Assembly: GCA_026645945.1 (NCBI GenBank)
Contig: JAPKMO010000001.1
Location: 7,427-71,426 of the forward strand
DNA length: 64,000 bases
Source: Anaerolineae bacterium
Lineage (GTDB): Bacteria; Chloroflexota; Anaerolineae; Aggregatilineales; Phototrophicaceae
Direction: 5' to 3'
Shown here: positions 56,801 through 64,000 of the stretch, piece by piece
Numbering within the stretch: the stretch's first letter is position 1
Layout: every line of letters begins with the position of its first letter
Made by a program: the position numbers and the translations under genes
The notes under the pieces: model-generated
What the model was told of the DNA's origin: nothing
Database searches by the model: none
The model's input: the letters and a program-made list of their open reading frames with translations, nothing else

Positions 56801-57982
56801 ATGAATCCGGATTTTATTTATCTCGACCACAGCGCGACGACGCCGACCGACCCGCGTGTCGTGGAGGCGATGATGCCGTACTGGACGGCGCAGTTTGGCA
56901 ACCCCTCCAGCCTGCACCGGGCCGGTAAAGTTGCAAAACTGGCGCTGGACACGGCGCGCGAAGCCGCCGCTGCGGTATTAAACTGCGCGCCTGCCGAGAT
57001 CGTCTTTACCAGCGGCGGTACGGAGAGCGACAACCTGGCGCTGAAAGGCGTGGCGCGGGCGATGCGGGCGCGTGGCCGGGGCAGCCATATCATCACGACG
57101 GCGGCTGAACACCATGCCGTCCTGGACGTGGCGAAAGAACTGGCCGATGACGGCTTTGAGGTGACTTTTCTACCGGTGGATGAATTTGGCCGCGTGACCG
57201 CTGGGCAGGTATTGGAGGCCGCGCGCGACGATACGATACTGGCGAGCGTGATTTACGCGAATAACGAAGTCGGAAGCCTGAACCCGATCTCGGAAATCGG
57301 CGCTGCGCTGCGCGAGCGGCGTATTCCGTTCCATACCGATGCAGTGCAGGCTCCTGGCAGCCTGCCGCTGGATGTGAAGGCGCTCAATGCTGACCTGATG
57401 AGCCTTTCGGCACACAAGTTTTATGGGCCGAAAGGTATCGGCATGCTGTATGTGCGGCGCGCTGTGCCGCTTCAAGCGCAGATGGTCGGCGGCGGGCAGC
57501 AGTCGCACCGCCGCAGCGGAACCGAACCGGTCGCGCTGATCGTGGGGCTGGCGGAGGCGCTGCGGCTGGCCGAAGCCGAACGCGAGGAAACTGCCGCGCG
57601 GCTGGCTGCCCTGCGCGATATGCTGATCGAGCGTGTGCTGGCGACCATCCCGGAGGCGGCGCTGACGGGACACCCGACCGAACGCCTGCCGGGGCATACC
57701 AGCTTCGCTATGAAAGGGCTGAACGGCGATTCGATTTTGCTGGACTTGAATGAAGTTGGCATCGGGGCCAGCGGGGGAAGCGCCTGCACGACCGGCCAGC
57801 AGGAGCCGAGCCACGTGCTGGTAGCGATGGGCATAGACCCCGACCGGCTGATGGGGCAGATGCGGTTTGTGCTGGGCAAACACAGCCAGCCGGAGCATAT
57901 AGACCGGCTGCTTTATCACCTGGCCGCCCTGGCCGAACGTCACCGGGTCATGGTGCCGGAGATCGAACGCCGGATTGAATGA
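56801..57982 (+). CDS. Cysteine desulfurase (IscS/NifS family)
   Basis: YLDHSATTP, FTSGGTESDN, HTDAVQ, SAHKFYGPKG, GSACT. Confidence 0.93.
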   Translation: MNPDFIYLDHSATTPTDPRVVEAMMPYWTAQFGNPSSLHRAGKVAKLALDTAREAAAAVLNCAPAEIVFTSGGTESDNLALKGVARAMRARGRGSHIITTAAEHHAVLDVAKELADDGFEVTFLPVDEFGRVTAGQVLEAARDDTILASVIYANNEVGSLNPISEIGAALRERRIPFHTDAVQAPGSLPLDVKALNADLMSLSAHKFYGPKGIGMLYVRRAVPLQAQMVGGGQQSHRRSGTEPVALIVGLAEALRLAEAEREETAARLAALRDMLIERVLATIPEAALTGHPTERLPGHTSFAMKGLNGDSILLDLNEVGIGASGGSACTTGQQEPSHVLVAMGIDPDRLMGQMRFVLGKHSQPEHIDRLLYHLAALAERHRVMVPEIERRIE

Positions 57983-57996
57983 CGAAACGCGGGAGT

Positions 57997-58026
57997 CAAA
58001 AGCCCCTTCTTGCAAGGGGCTTTTTG
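57997..58026. terminator. Bidirectional intrinsic terminator
   Basis: CAAAAGCCCCTT-CTTGC-AAGGGGCTTTTTG with T-tracts on both strands, between the convergent cysteine desulfurase gene and the ncRNA. Confidence 0.85.
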
Positions 58027-58033
58027 CTACCTG

Positions 58034-58143
58034 TGGACGTGGGGGTTCCGCCACCCCGTCTGCGAAGTCGTTAACAGCCGGTTTTCACGTTTGACCAATG
58101 CGCCTTCTCGCTACTGCCTCCACATCGAGACTATTTCACGCCC
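58034..58143 (-). ncRNA. Miniature tmRNA-like RNA (tRNA-like domain only, 110 nt)
   Basis: Minus strand: GGGCGUG / AAAUAGUCUCGA / UGUGGAG ...50 nt... CUUCGCA / GAC / GGGGU-GGCGGA-ACCCC / CACGUCC / A. Acceptor stem with G3-U, P2a helix and T arm; own promoter and terminator. Confidence 0.8.
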
Positions 58144-58154
58144 ATGATAGATTC

Positions 58155-58182
58155 ATTATATTACAGGCGACGTTAATTTCAA
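58155..58182 (-). promoter_or_regulatory. Sigma70-type promoter of the tmRNA-like gene
   Basis: Minus-strand TTGAAA (58182-58177), 16 bp, TATAAT (58160-58155), 11 nt upstream of G1. Confidence 0.75.
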
Positions 58183-58202
58183 GGGTGAACGCCGCAGGGC
58201 TG

Positions 58203-58601
58203 CTAATGCAGCTTTTCGAGATGATTGGTGAGCGTGCCATCCAGATAGGCACGAACGGCTTCATCAGGATTTGCGATGGTCGTGATGTATGCCCGGATGC
58301 CGGCCTGTTCAAAAGCGAGGTACGCGCCTCGCCCCATGCCGCGCACAATCGCTACCTCGCAGTCCATAATGGGCGACAGCATCTGGTTATGTCTGGAGTC
58401 GGCTTCTGCGCCGAGGCCATGTTCATGATGTTCGTGTTCATCATGATGATGGCCTTCTGCGGCGTGGTGGTGGCTCGGTTTAGCCAGGACTTCTCGATGG
58501 ACAACTGCTCCATCTTCGATGGTGTAGACCAGATAGGACAGTGCGCGGCCAAAATGCCGGCTGATGGATTGGCCGTCGTCGGTGACAATGGCGATTTTCA
58601 C
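58203..58601 (-). CDS. NifB/NifX family (FeMo-cofactor-binding-like) protein with His-rich insert
   Basis: KIAIVTDDG..ISRHFGRA, CEVAIVRGMGRGA; GTG start with AAGGAG RBS. Confidence 0.85.
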   Translation of the reverse strand: MKIAIVTDDGQSISRHFGRALSYLVYTIEDGAVVHREVLAKPSHHHAAEGHHHDEHEHHEHGLGAEADSRHNQMLSPIMDCEVAIVRGMGRGAYLAFEQAGIRAYITTIANPDEAVRAYLDGTLTNHLEKLH

Positions 58602-58645
58602 GTTTAGCTCCTTACAGATATAACGATATTCAGGGCTTCAATTGG

Positions 58646-59617
58646 CTACCGTGCCAATTCCTGAGCCAGTTCGATCAAATCCAGGTCAATCTCTTTTTTG
58701 TGGGAGATTACTTCGGAAAGTGGCGTGGTGGTAACTTCGCCCCTGTTCAACCCGACCAGGACGTTGTACTCGCCGCGCTCCAGGCAGCGGATGGCTGCCG
58801 CGCCCAACCGGGTCGCCAGCAGGCGATCAAATGCGCCCGGCTGCCCACCGCGCTGGATGTGTCCCAATTTGGTGATGCGGAGTTCAAAACCCAACTGCTT
58901 TTCGTTCACTTTGAAATACTCATCCAGTTCTTCGGCATCGTGCTGCGCGCCTTCGGCCACCACGACGATGGCATGAGCCTTACCGCGTTCGTAAGCGGCG
59001 CGCAGTTCGCGGGCGATTTCTGCCGGCTGGACTTCAACCTCTGGGATGACAATGGCCTCCGCGCCGCCGGCGATTCCGCTCATCAGCGCCAGATAACCGC
59101 AGTCGCGCCCCATGACCTCGATTAAAAAGGCGCGCTGGTGCGATGAAGCGGTGACTTTCAGGCGGTCGATGGCTTCCAGGGCGATATTCAGGGCGGTATC
59201 CACGCCGATGGTAATTTCCGAGCCGTAGAGGTCGTTGTCAATGGTCGAGGCGACACCGACGACCGGAAAGCCCATTTCGGAAAGGGCGAAAGCGCCGGCT
59301 TGCGATCCGTTGCCGCCGATTACCACCAAGCCGTCAATATCCCGCTTCCGCAGTTCACGGATGGCGCGCAGCCGTCCTTCTTCGGTTTTAAACTCAGGAC
59401 AGCGGGCGCTGCCGAGAATCGTGCCGCCCAGTTGGATGATGCTGCTGACATCGCGCGCGCCCATTGGCCGCATACTGCCGGCGATGAGGCCGCTGTAACC
59501 CTGTTCGACGCCGTAGACTTCCCACCCTCTGGCGACGCCGGTTCGCACGACGGCGCGAATAGCCGCGTTCATGCCGGGGGCGTCGCCCCCGCTCGTTAAA
59601 ACGGCAATGCGTTTCAC
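58646..59617 (-). CDS. pfkA: ATP-dependent 6-phosphofructokinase
   Basis: TSGGDAPGMNA, GGTILGSAR, IGGNGS, STIDND, EVMGR, GHIQRGG. Confidence 0.95.
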   Translation of the reverse strand: MKRIAVLTSGGDAPGMNAAIRAVVRTGVARGWEVYGVEQGYSGLIAGSMRPMGARDVSSIIQLGGTILGSARCPEFKTEEGRLRAIRELRKRDIDGLVVIGGNGSQAGAFALSEMGFPVVGVASTIDNDLYGSEITIGVDTALNIALEAIDRLKVTASSHQRAFLIEVMGRDCGYLALMSGIAGGAEAIVIPEVEVQPAEIARELRAAYERGKAHAIVVVAEGAQHDAEELDEYFKVNEKQLGFELRITKLGHIQRGGQPGAFDRLLATRLGAAAIRCLERGEYNVLVGLNRGEVTTTPLSEVISHKKEIDLDLIELAQELAR

Positions 59618-59835
59618 ATGCCCTCCTCAATTTTTTATGGGTCTTATTCGGCGGCTTCCGCCGGGACAAACACGCCCGTATAAGTCTACTCCGTTCGGAA
59701 ACGAATCCCAAGCGCGGCGTTGGCAGTTGACCAGGATGGGGCAGGGTGTTTTTGCGGCATAATGCTGTTATAGTTCTGGCTGCGATTGGATAGAAAACGT
59801 GGGATGCGGCATTTGTATCAGGCGAGGGGATAAAA

Positions 59836-60621
59836 ATGACTTTTGAGACGCTGCTTTACCAGATAGACGGCGCAGTGCTGACCATCACCATGAACCGGCC
59901 CGACCGGCTGAATGCGATGAATAATACGATGCGCCGGGAATTAATCGCCGCTTTTTCGCGGGCTGCCGACGATGAAACGGTGCGCGCGGTGGTGCTGACC
60001 GGGGCAGGGCGGGGTTTTTGTTCCGGCGCGGACCTGGCGGCGGCAGTGGAAGACGGGACGCCGGTAAATTTTGGCGAACTGCTGCGGGAAACCTATAATC
60101 CGCTGGTGCTGCTGATGCGCCGCCTGCCAAAGCCGATCATCGCTGCTGTGAACGGTGTGGCTGCCGGGGCAGGGATGAGTCTGGCGCTGGCCTGCGATTT
60201 ACGGATCGTGTCCGAAAGCGCCTCGTTCATGCAGGCGTTTGTCAAAATCGGTCTTGTGCCGGACAGCGGCGCGACCTGGCTGCTGCCGCGCCTGGTCGGC
60301 TTAACGCGCGCCCTGGATTTGATGCTTACCGGGCGGCGCGTGGCGGCGGATGAGGCGCTGACATTTGGGCTGGTTAACGAGGTCGTGCCGGACAGCAGCC
60401 TGATGGATACGGTATACAAAACGGCGCGCGCTTTTGCCGATGCGCCCACGCGCACCATCGGGTACATCAAACAGGCGGTAGATTTTGCGCTCGACCATGA
60501 TCTGGCGGCTGCGCTGGAAAAAGAAGCCGAACTCCAGGATTTGGCCGGGGCGACCAACGATCACCGGGAAGGTGTGGCGGCTTTCCTGGAAAAACGTCCC
60601 CCACAGTTTACAGGCCGGTGA
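59836..60621 (+). CDS. Enoyl-CoA hydratase/isomerase (PaaG-like)
   Basis: MNRPDRLNA, GRGFCSGADL, VNGVAAGAG, GLVPDSG, EGVAAFLEKR.P.F. Confidence 0.9.
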   Translation: MTFETLLYQIDGAVLTITMNRPDRLNAMNNTMRRELIAAFSRAADDETVRAVVLTGAGRGFCSGADLAAAVEDGTPVNFGELLRETYNPLVLLMRRLPKPIIAAVNGVAAGAGMSLALACDLRIVSESASFMQAFVKIGLVPDSGATWLLPRLVGLTRALDLMLTGRRVAADEALTFGLVNEVVPDSSLMDTVYKTARAFADAPTRTIGYIKQAVDFALDHDLAAALEKEAELQDLAGATNDHREGVAAFLEKRPPQFTGR

Positions 60622-60626
60622 GCGGC

Positions 60627-61610
60627 TCAGTCGCTGCCGCGCAGCCGGGGGTCGAGCGCATCGCGCAGGGCATCGCCGAGCAGGTTAAAACCCAGGACGA
60701 TCAGAATGATCGTCAGGCCTGGGAACAGCATCACCCACCATTTGCCGGAGGCCAGCGCCGGCTGGCTTTCGGCCAGCATCTTGCCCAGTTCTGGCCAGGG
60801 CGGCTGCTGCCCCAACCCCAGGAAACCCAGCGCCGCCGTCGTAATCACTGCCGTGCCAAGCATCAGGGTGGCCTGCACGATCAGCGGGGCAAGGCTGTTG
60901 GGCAGCACGTGAGAAATCATGATGCTGAACCCCCCCGCGCCCACGCTGCGTGCGGCCATCACGTATTCGGTATTACGAATTGAAATCGCCATCGAACGAC
61001 TGAGGCGGGCAAAAGTGGGAATCTGCGTGATGGCAATCGCAATCATGCCATTGGTCAGGCTGGCCCCAGCGACCGTTACCAGGGCGATAGCCAGCAGCAG
61101 CGATGGAAACGCCAGAATAACATCCATTGAGCGCATCGAGACGCTTTCGACCCACCCGCTGAGGAAACCTGCTGCCAGGCCGATGGCGACGCCAATAGTG
61201 AGCGAAATACCGACCACAAAAAAACCAACGCTGAGCGAAACCGACAGGCCATGCCCCACGCGGCGCATGATGTCCCGTCCGTTTTTATCCGCGCCGAAGG
61301 GATACTGGCAGGACATTTCGCTTAGCGGCTGTTTTTCCACGTCGTTAAGCTGCGAAGTGAGCCATCCCACCAGGCAGTCCGGCGGCTGGTAGCGCGCGCT
61401 GAGGTTGTTATCGCGCACCGCGTCGTAGTTATCCAGCAGGGGGACGATGATGGCAATGGTAATCGAAGCAACCGCGAGAAACCCGCCGATCCGTGCACTG
61501 GGGTTTCGCCATAGGCGGCGCAGGATGTCTCGCAGCATTTCCAGTCGAACGTTGTCTCGATTGAGACGTTTTACGGGTTCGGAGGATTTGATCTGGGTTA
61601 TAGTACTCAT
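60627..61610 (-). CDS. Dipeptide/oligopeptide ABC permease (DppC/OppC)
   Basis: FGADKNGRDI, EYVMAARSVGA, HVLPN, LGFLGLG. Confidence 0.92.
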   Translation of the reverse strand: MSTITQIKSSEPVKRLNRDNVRLEMLRDILRRLWRNPSARIGGFLAVASITIAIIVPLLDNYDAVRDNNLSARYQPPDCLVGWLTSQLNDVEKQPLSEMSCQYPFGADKNGRDIMRRVGHGLSVSLSVGFFVVGISLTIGVAIGLAAGFLSGWVESVSMRSMDVILAFPSLLLAIALVTVAGASLTNGMIAIAITQIPTFARLSRSMAISIRNTEYVMAARSVGAGGFSIMISHVLPNSLAPLIVQATLMLGTAVITTAALGFLGLGQQPPWPELGKMLAESQPALASGKWWVMLFPGLTIILIVLGFNLLGDALRDALDPRLRGSD

Positions 61611-62614
61611 CAGGCTACTCGAATCCGGGGATCAACCAGAGCGTACAGAATGTCAACAGTAAAATTAATGATGACATAAATAAGGGAAACGATCAGCGTA
61701 ACGGACTGCACGATAGGATAATCGCGGGCGATGATCGAATCAAACAACCACTTGCCGATCCCCGGCCAGGAATAGATGGTTTCCGTCAAAACCGCCCCAG
61801 AAAGCAGCGTGCCAAGCTGCAAGCCGATAATGGTGACGATAGGCAGCAGGGCGTTCCGCAGCGCGTGAGAAAAGATGACCGGACGTTCGCCCAGACCTTT
61901 GGCGCGGGCGGTACGAATGTAGTCCTGGTTAAGCACTTCCAGCATGGATGAGCGGGTGATGCGGGCGATGATCGCCAGCGGCACGGTGAATAAGGTGATG
62001 GCCGGCAAAATGAGATGCGAAAGGGTATTTTGCAGGGCTTCCCAGTTGCCGGTTAAGATTGAATCGATCACAAACAGGCCGGTTCGGGTTTCCAGTTTGA
62101 TGCCGGAGTCAATGCGACCGATGAACGGCAGCAGCTTGAGCTGGACGCCGAATAAATAAATCAGCAGCAGCCCCAGCACAAAAATCGGTACGGACACGCC
62201 CAGCAGCGCCCCGAACATGGTGGCCGTATCCACCGGTGAGTTGCGCCGCACCGCCGAAAAAATGCCCATCGGCACGCCGATGACCGTCGCCAGGGTGATC
62301 GCAACCAGCGACAGTTCGATGGTAGCCGGGAAGCGGCTGCGTAGTTCATTCGCAATCGGAATGTTGCCGCGCACCGTGTTACCCAGGTCGCCTTGCAGCA
62401 GGTTGCCGATCCAGATGATATATTGTTCCGGCAGCGGCTTGTTCAGTCCCAGCCGTTCCCGGATAGCGGCGATATTTTCCGGCGTGGCCCGCTCGCCCAG
62501 GATGGCAATTGCCGGGTCGCCGGGGATGAGCCGGAGCAGCATAAATACCAGAATGGAAACGCCGATGATAACGGGGATAGATTCCAGCGCGCGGCGGATA
62601 ATATACTTGGACAT
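61610..62614 (-). CDS. Dipeptide/oligopeptide ABC permease (DppB/OppB)
   Basis: RLIPGDPA, RFPATIEL, DYIRTARAKGL, HALRNA, WPGIG. Confidence 0.93.
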   Translation of the reverse strand: MSKYIIRRALESIPVIIGVSILVFMLLRLIPGDPAIAILGERATPENIAAIRERLGLNKPLPEQYIIWIGNLLQGDLGNTVRGNIPIANELRSRFPATIELSLVAITLATVIGVPMGIFSAVRRNSPVDTATMFGALLGVSVPIFVLGLLLIYLFGVQLKLLPFIGRIDSGIKLETRTGLFVIDSILTGNWEALQNTLSHLILPAITLFTVPLAIIARITRSSMLEVLNQDYIRTARAKGLGERPVIFSHALRNALLPIVTIIGLQLGTLLSGAVLTETIYSWPGIGKWLFDSIIARDYPIVQSVTLIVSLIYVIINFTVDILYALVDPRIRVA

Positions 62615-62687
62615 GTTTCACTTCTTGCTGATTACAAAGACGTGATTGTATTCTCTAAACCGTTTCAGATCAATCAGAATAAAGAAG

Positions 62688-62713
62688 TTGGGGCAAGGCG
62701 CGCCTTGCCCCAA
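62688..62713. repeat. 26-bp perfect palindrome (GGGGC-type REP-like)
   Basis: TTGGGGCAAGGCGCGCCTTGCCCCAA between the SBP and permease genes. Confidence 0.8.
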
Positions 62714-62741
62714 AACGATGAACTATTTCTGGCAGGCAGCC

Positions 62742-64000
62742 TTAACCCAGGGTGACGTACTTGTACAGTTCTTTACCAAACGGGCTGGGAACCCAACCGC
62801 TCACCCGGCTGCTGAAAGCCAGCGGCACCGGGCCGTGAGCAATGTAGATGCGATCTGCTCCGGCGGCATGGATGGCCTCGGCCTCTTTGTACAGCGCGTC
62901 ACGGGTGGCGGGGTCGGTCAGCGCCCGCGCTTCCTGAAGCCGCTTCGCCACTTCCTCGTTCTGATAGAAACCTTCGCGCGGCAGCGGCCTGTTCACGTCG
63001 TGGAAGAAGTAGCCGATGAAGTTGTCCGGGTCGCCGTTGTCGCCCGTCCAGCCCAGTTGGTACAGGCCGAGCAGGTTGCCCCGCGAGCGTTCGGACAGGT
63101 AGGTTGACCAGTCGCCGGCGGAGGTCAGTTCGGCGGTGATGCCGACGGCGGCCAAGTCGGCGGCCATCGCGTTAGCAATCGCCTCGCCATCCGGGTTGTA
63201 GGGGCGAACAACCGGCATGTAGTACAGGCGCACCGGGATGGTGTCCACTACTTCGTCGGTGATATTGCCGTTTTCATCCACCCCCAGGACGTTCACCTGG
63301 CTCAGACCATCCGGGAACCCGGCCTGGGCCAGCAGTTCCTTGGCCTGTTCGGGGTCATAGGGGGTCTTTACATCCGGGTTGAAGCCGATGGCAATGGTGG
63401 GCGGGTTCATCGTGTTGGCGGGCATGGCTTCTTCGTTGTAGAAAGCGTCCACGATGGCTTCACGATTGATTGCCAGCGAAATCGCCTGGCGCACCAGGGG
63501 ATCGCGGAATTCCTGGATGCGGTAGTTGAAGGCCAGATAGAAGGTGTTGAACGACGGGCGATAGACGATATACATATTATCGCTGGCTTCGATGGTAGGG
63601 ATGTCCTCGACATTGGGCTGTTCGAAGCCGTCAATTTCGCCGGCCTGGAGGGCAGCAAAACGCGCGGCGTTATCCGGGATAGCCTTGTATTCAATGCGGG
63701 TGACATTGCCCGGAATTTCGGCCCAGTAACCCTCGTACCGTTCCATCACGACCTGGACATCCGGCACCCACTCAACGAACTTGAACGGGCCGGTGCAGAC
63801 GTAGCCGACTTCCGGCGTGCCATAAGCAGCGCCGGCGGCCTCAACGGCAGTAGGGCTGGCGATCTGGAAGTTTGACATCGCCAGGTTGTTCAGGAACGCG
63901 CCCATCGGCTGCGACAGGGTGATGACGACTTCGTATTCGCCGGTAGCCTGCACGTCGGTAATGAGGGAGGCATCATCGAAACCACCGAACTGCGCTTCGT
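62742..64000 (-). CDS. Dipeptide ABC transporter substrate-binding protein (DppA family), 5' truncated by window edge
   Basis: CTGPFKFVEW, VRQAISLAINR, GWTGDNGDPDNF; frame runs off the window end. Confidence 0.9.
   Translation of the reverse strand, partial: EAQFGGFDDASLITDVQATGEYEVVITLSQPMGAFLNNLAMSNFQIASPTAVEAAGAAYGTPEVGYVCTGPFKFVEWVPDVQVVMERYEGYWAEIPGNVTRIEYKAIPDNAARFAALQAGEIDGFEQPNVEDIPTIEASDNMYIVYRPSFNTFYLAFNYRIQEFRDPLVRQAISLAINREAIVDAFYNEEAMPANTMNPPTIAIGFNPDVKTPYDPEQAKELLAQAGFPDGLSQVNVLGVDENGNITDEVVDTIPVRLYYMPVVRPYNPDGEAIANAMAADLAAVGITAELTSAGDWSTYLSERSRGNLLGLYQLGWTGDNGDPDNFIGYFFHDVNRPLPREGFYQNEEVAKRLQEARALTDPATRDALYKEAEAIHAAGADRIYIAHGPVPLAFSSRVSGWVPSPFGKELYKYVTLG

Noticed and set aside
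58034-58143. Reading the RNA as an ordinary tRNA, tRNA-Sec, a permuted two-piece tmRNA, or an island-integration fragment of ssrA
   Set aside because: No D stem or anticodon arm. The 5' and 3' acceptor strands are in standard order and pair with each other. A dedicated promoter and terminator flank it, and no integrase is nearby.
58203-58601. Evidence of nitrogen fixation (NifX-like and NifS-like genes close together)
   Set aside because: Both families are common outside diazotrophs, the genes are convergent and unlinked, and there is no nifHDK.

Overview
GC-rich bacterial chromosome segment with about 57 densely packed genes. The lineage is probably Chloroflexota/Anaerolineae-like; this is inferred from gene content and repeat style, not shown by a marker gene. 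No CRISPR array, prophage, transposase, rRNA or standard tRNA was found. Content is dominated by peptide and amino-acid metabolism: sugar, branched-chain amino acid and dipeptide ABC importers, a folate-dependent hut pathway (ftcD-hutH-hutU-hutI), GGT and M20/M24/S9 peptidases, a 2-oxoacid:ferredoxin oxidoreductase operon, de novo NAD synthesis (nadC-nadA-nadB plus a cysteine desulfurase) and pfkA. The most striking observation is non-coding: a 110-nt minus-strand RNA gene at 58034-58143, with its own TTGAAA-16-TATAAT promoter and a terminator. It folds exactly like the tRNA-like domain of tmRNA (7-bp acceptor stem with G3-U wobble, A discriminator, AAAUAGUCUCGA D-loop, P2 helix, GAC-T arm) but has only about 50 nt where tmRNA carries about 270 nt of pseudoknots and tag ORF. 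Other uncharacterised systems: a three-ATP-grasp/esterase/S8-protease peptide-ligation cluster coupled to purB, a MoxR-AAA/orphan/metallopeptidase-vWA triad, an ECF sigma operon with four ABC-2-like membrane proteins and two matching ECF promoters, an arginine-synthetase (ArcE)-like enzyme, and several REP-like palindrome families.
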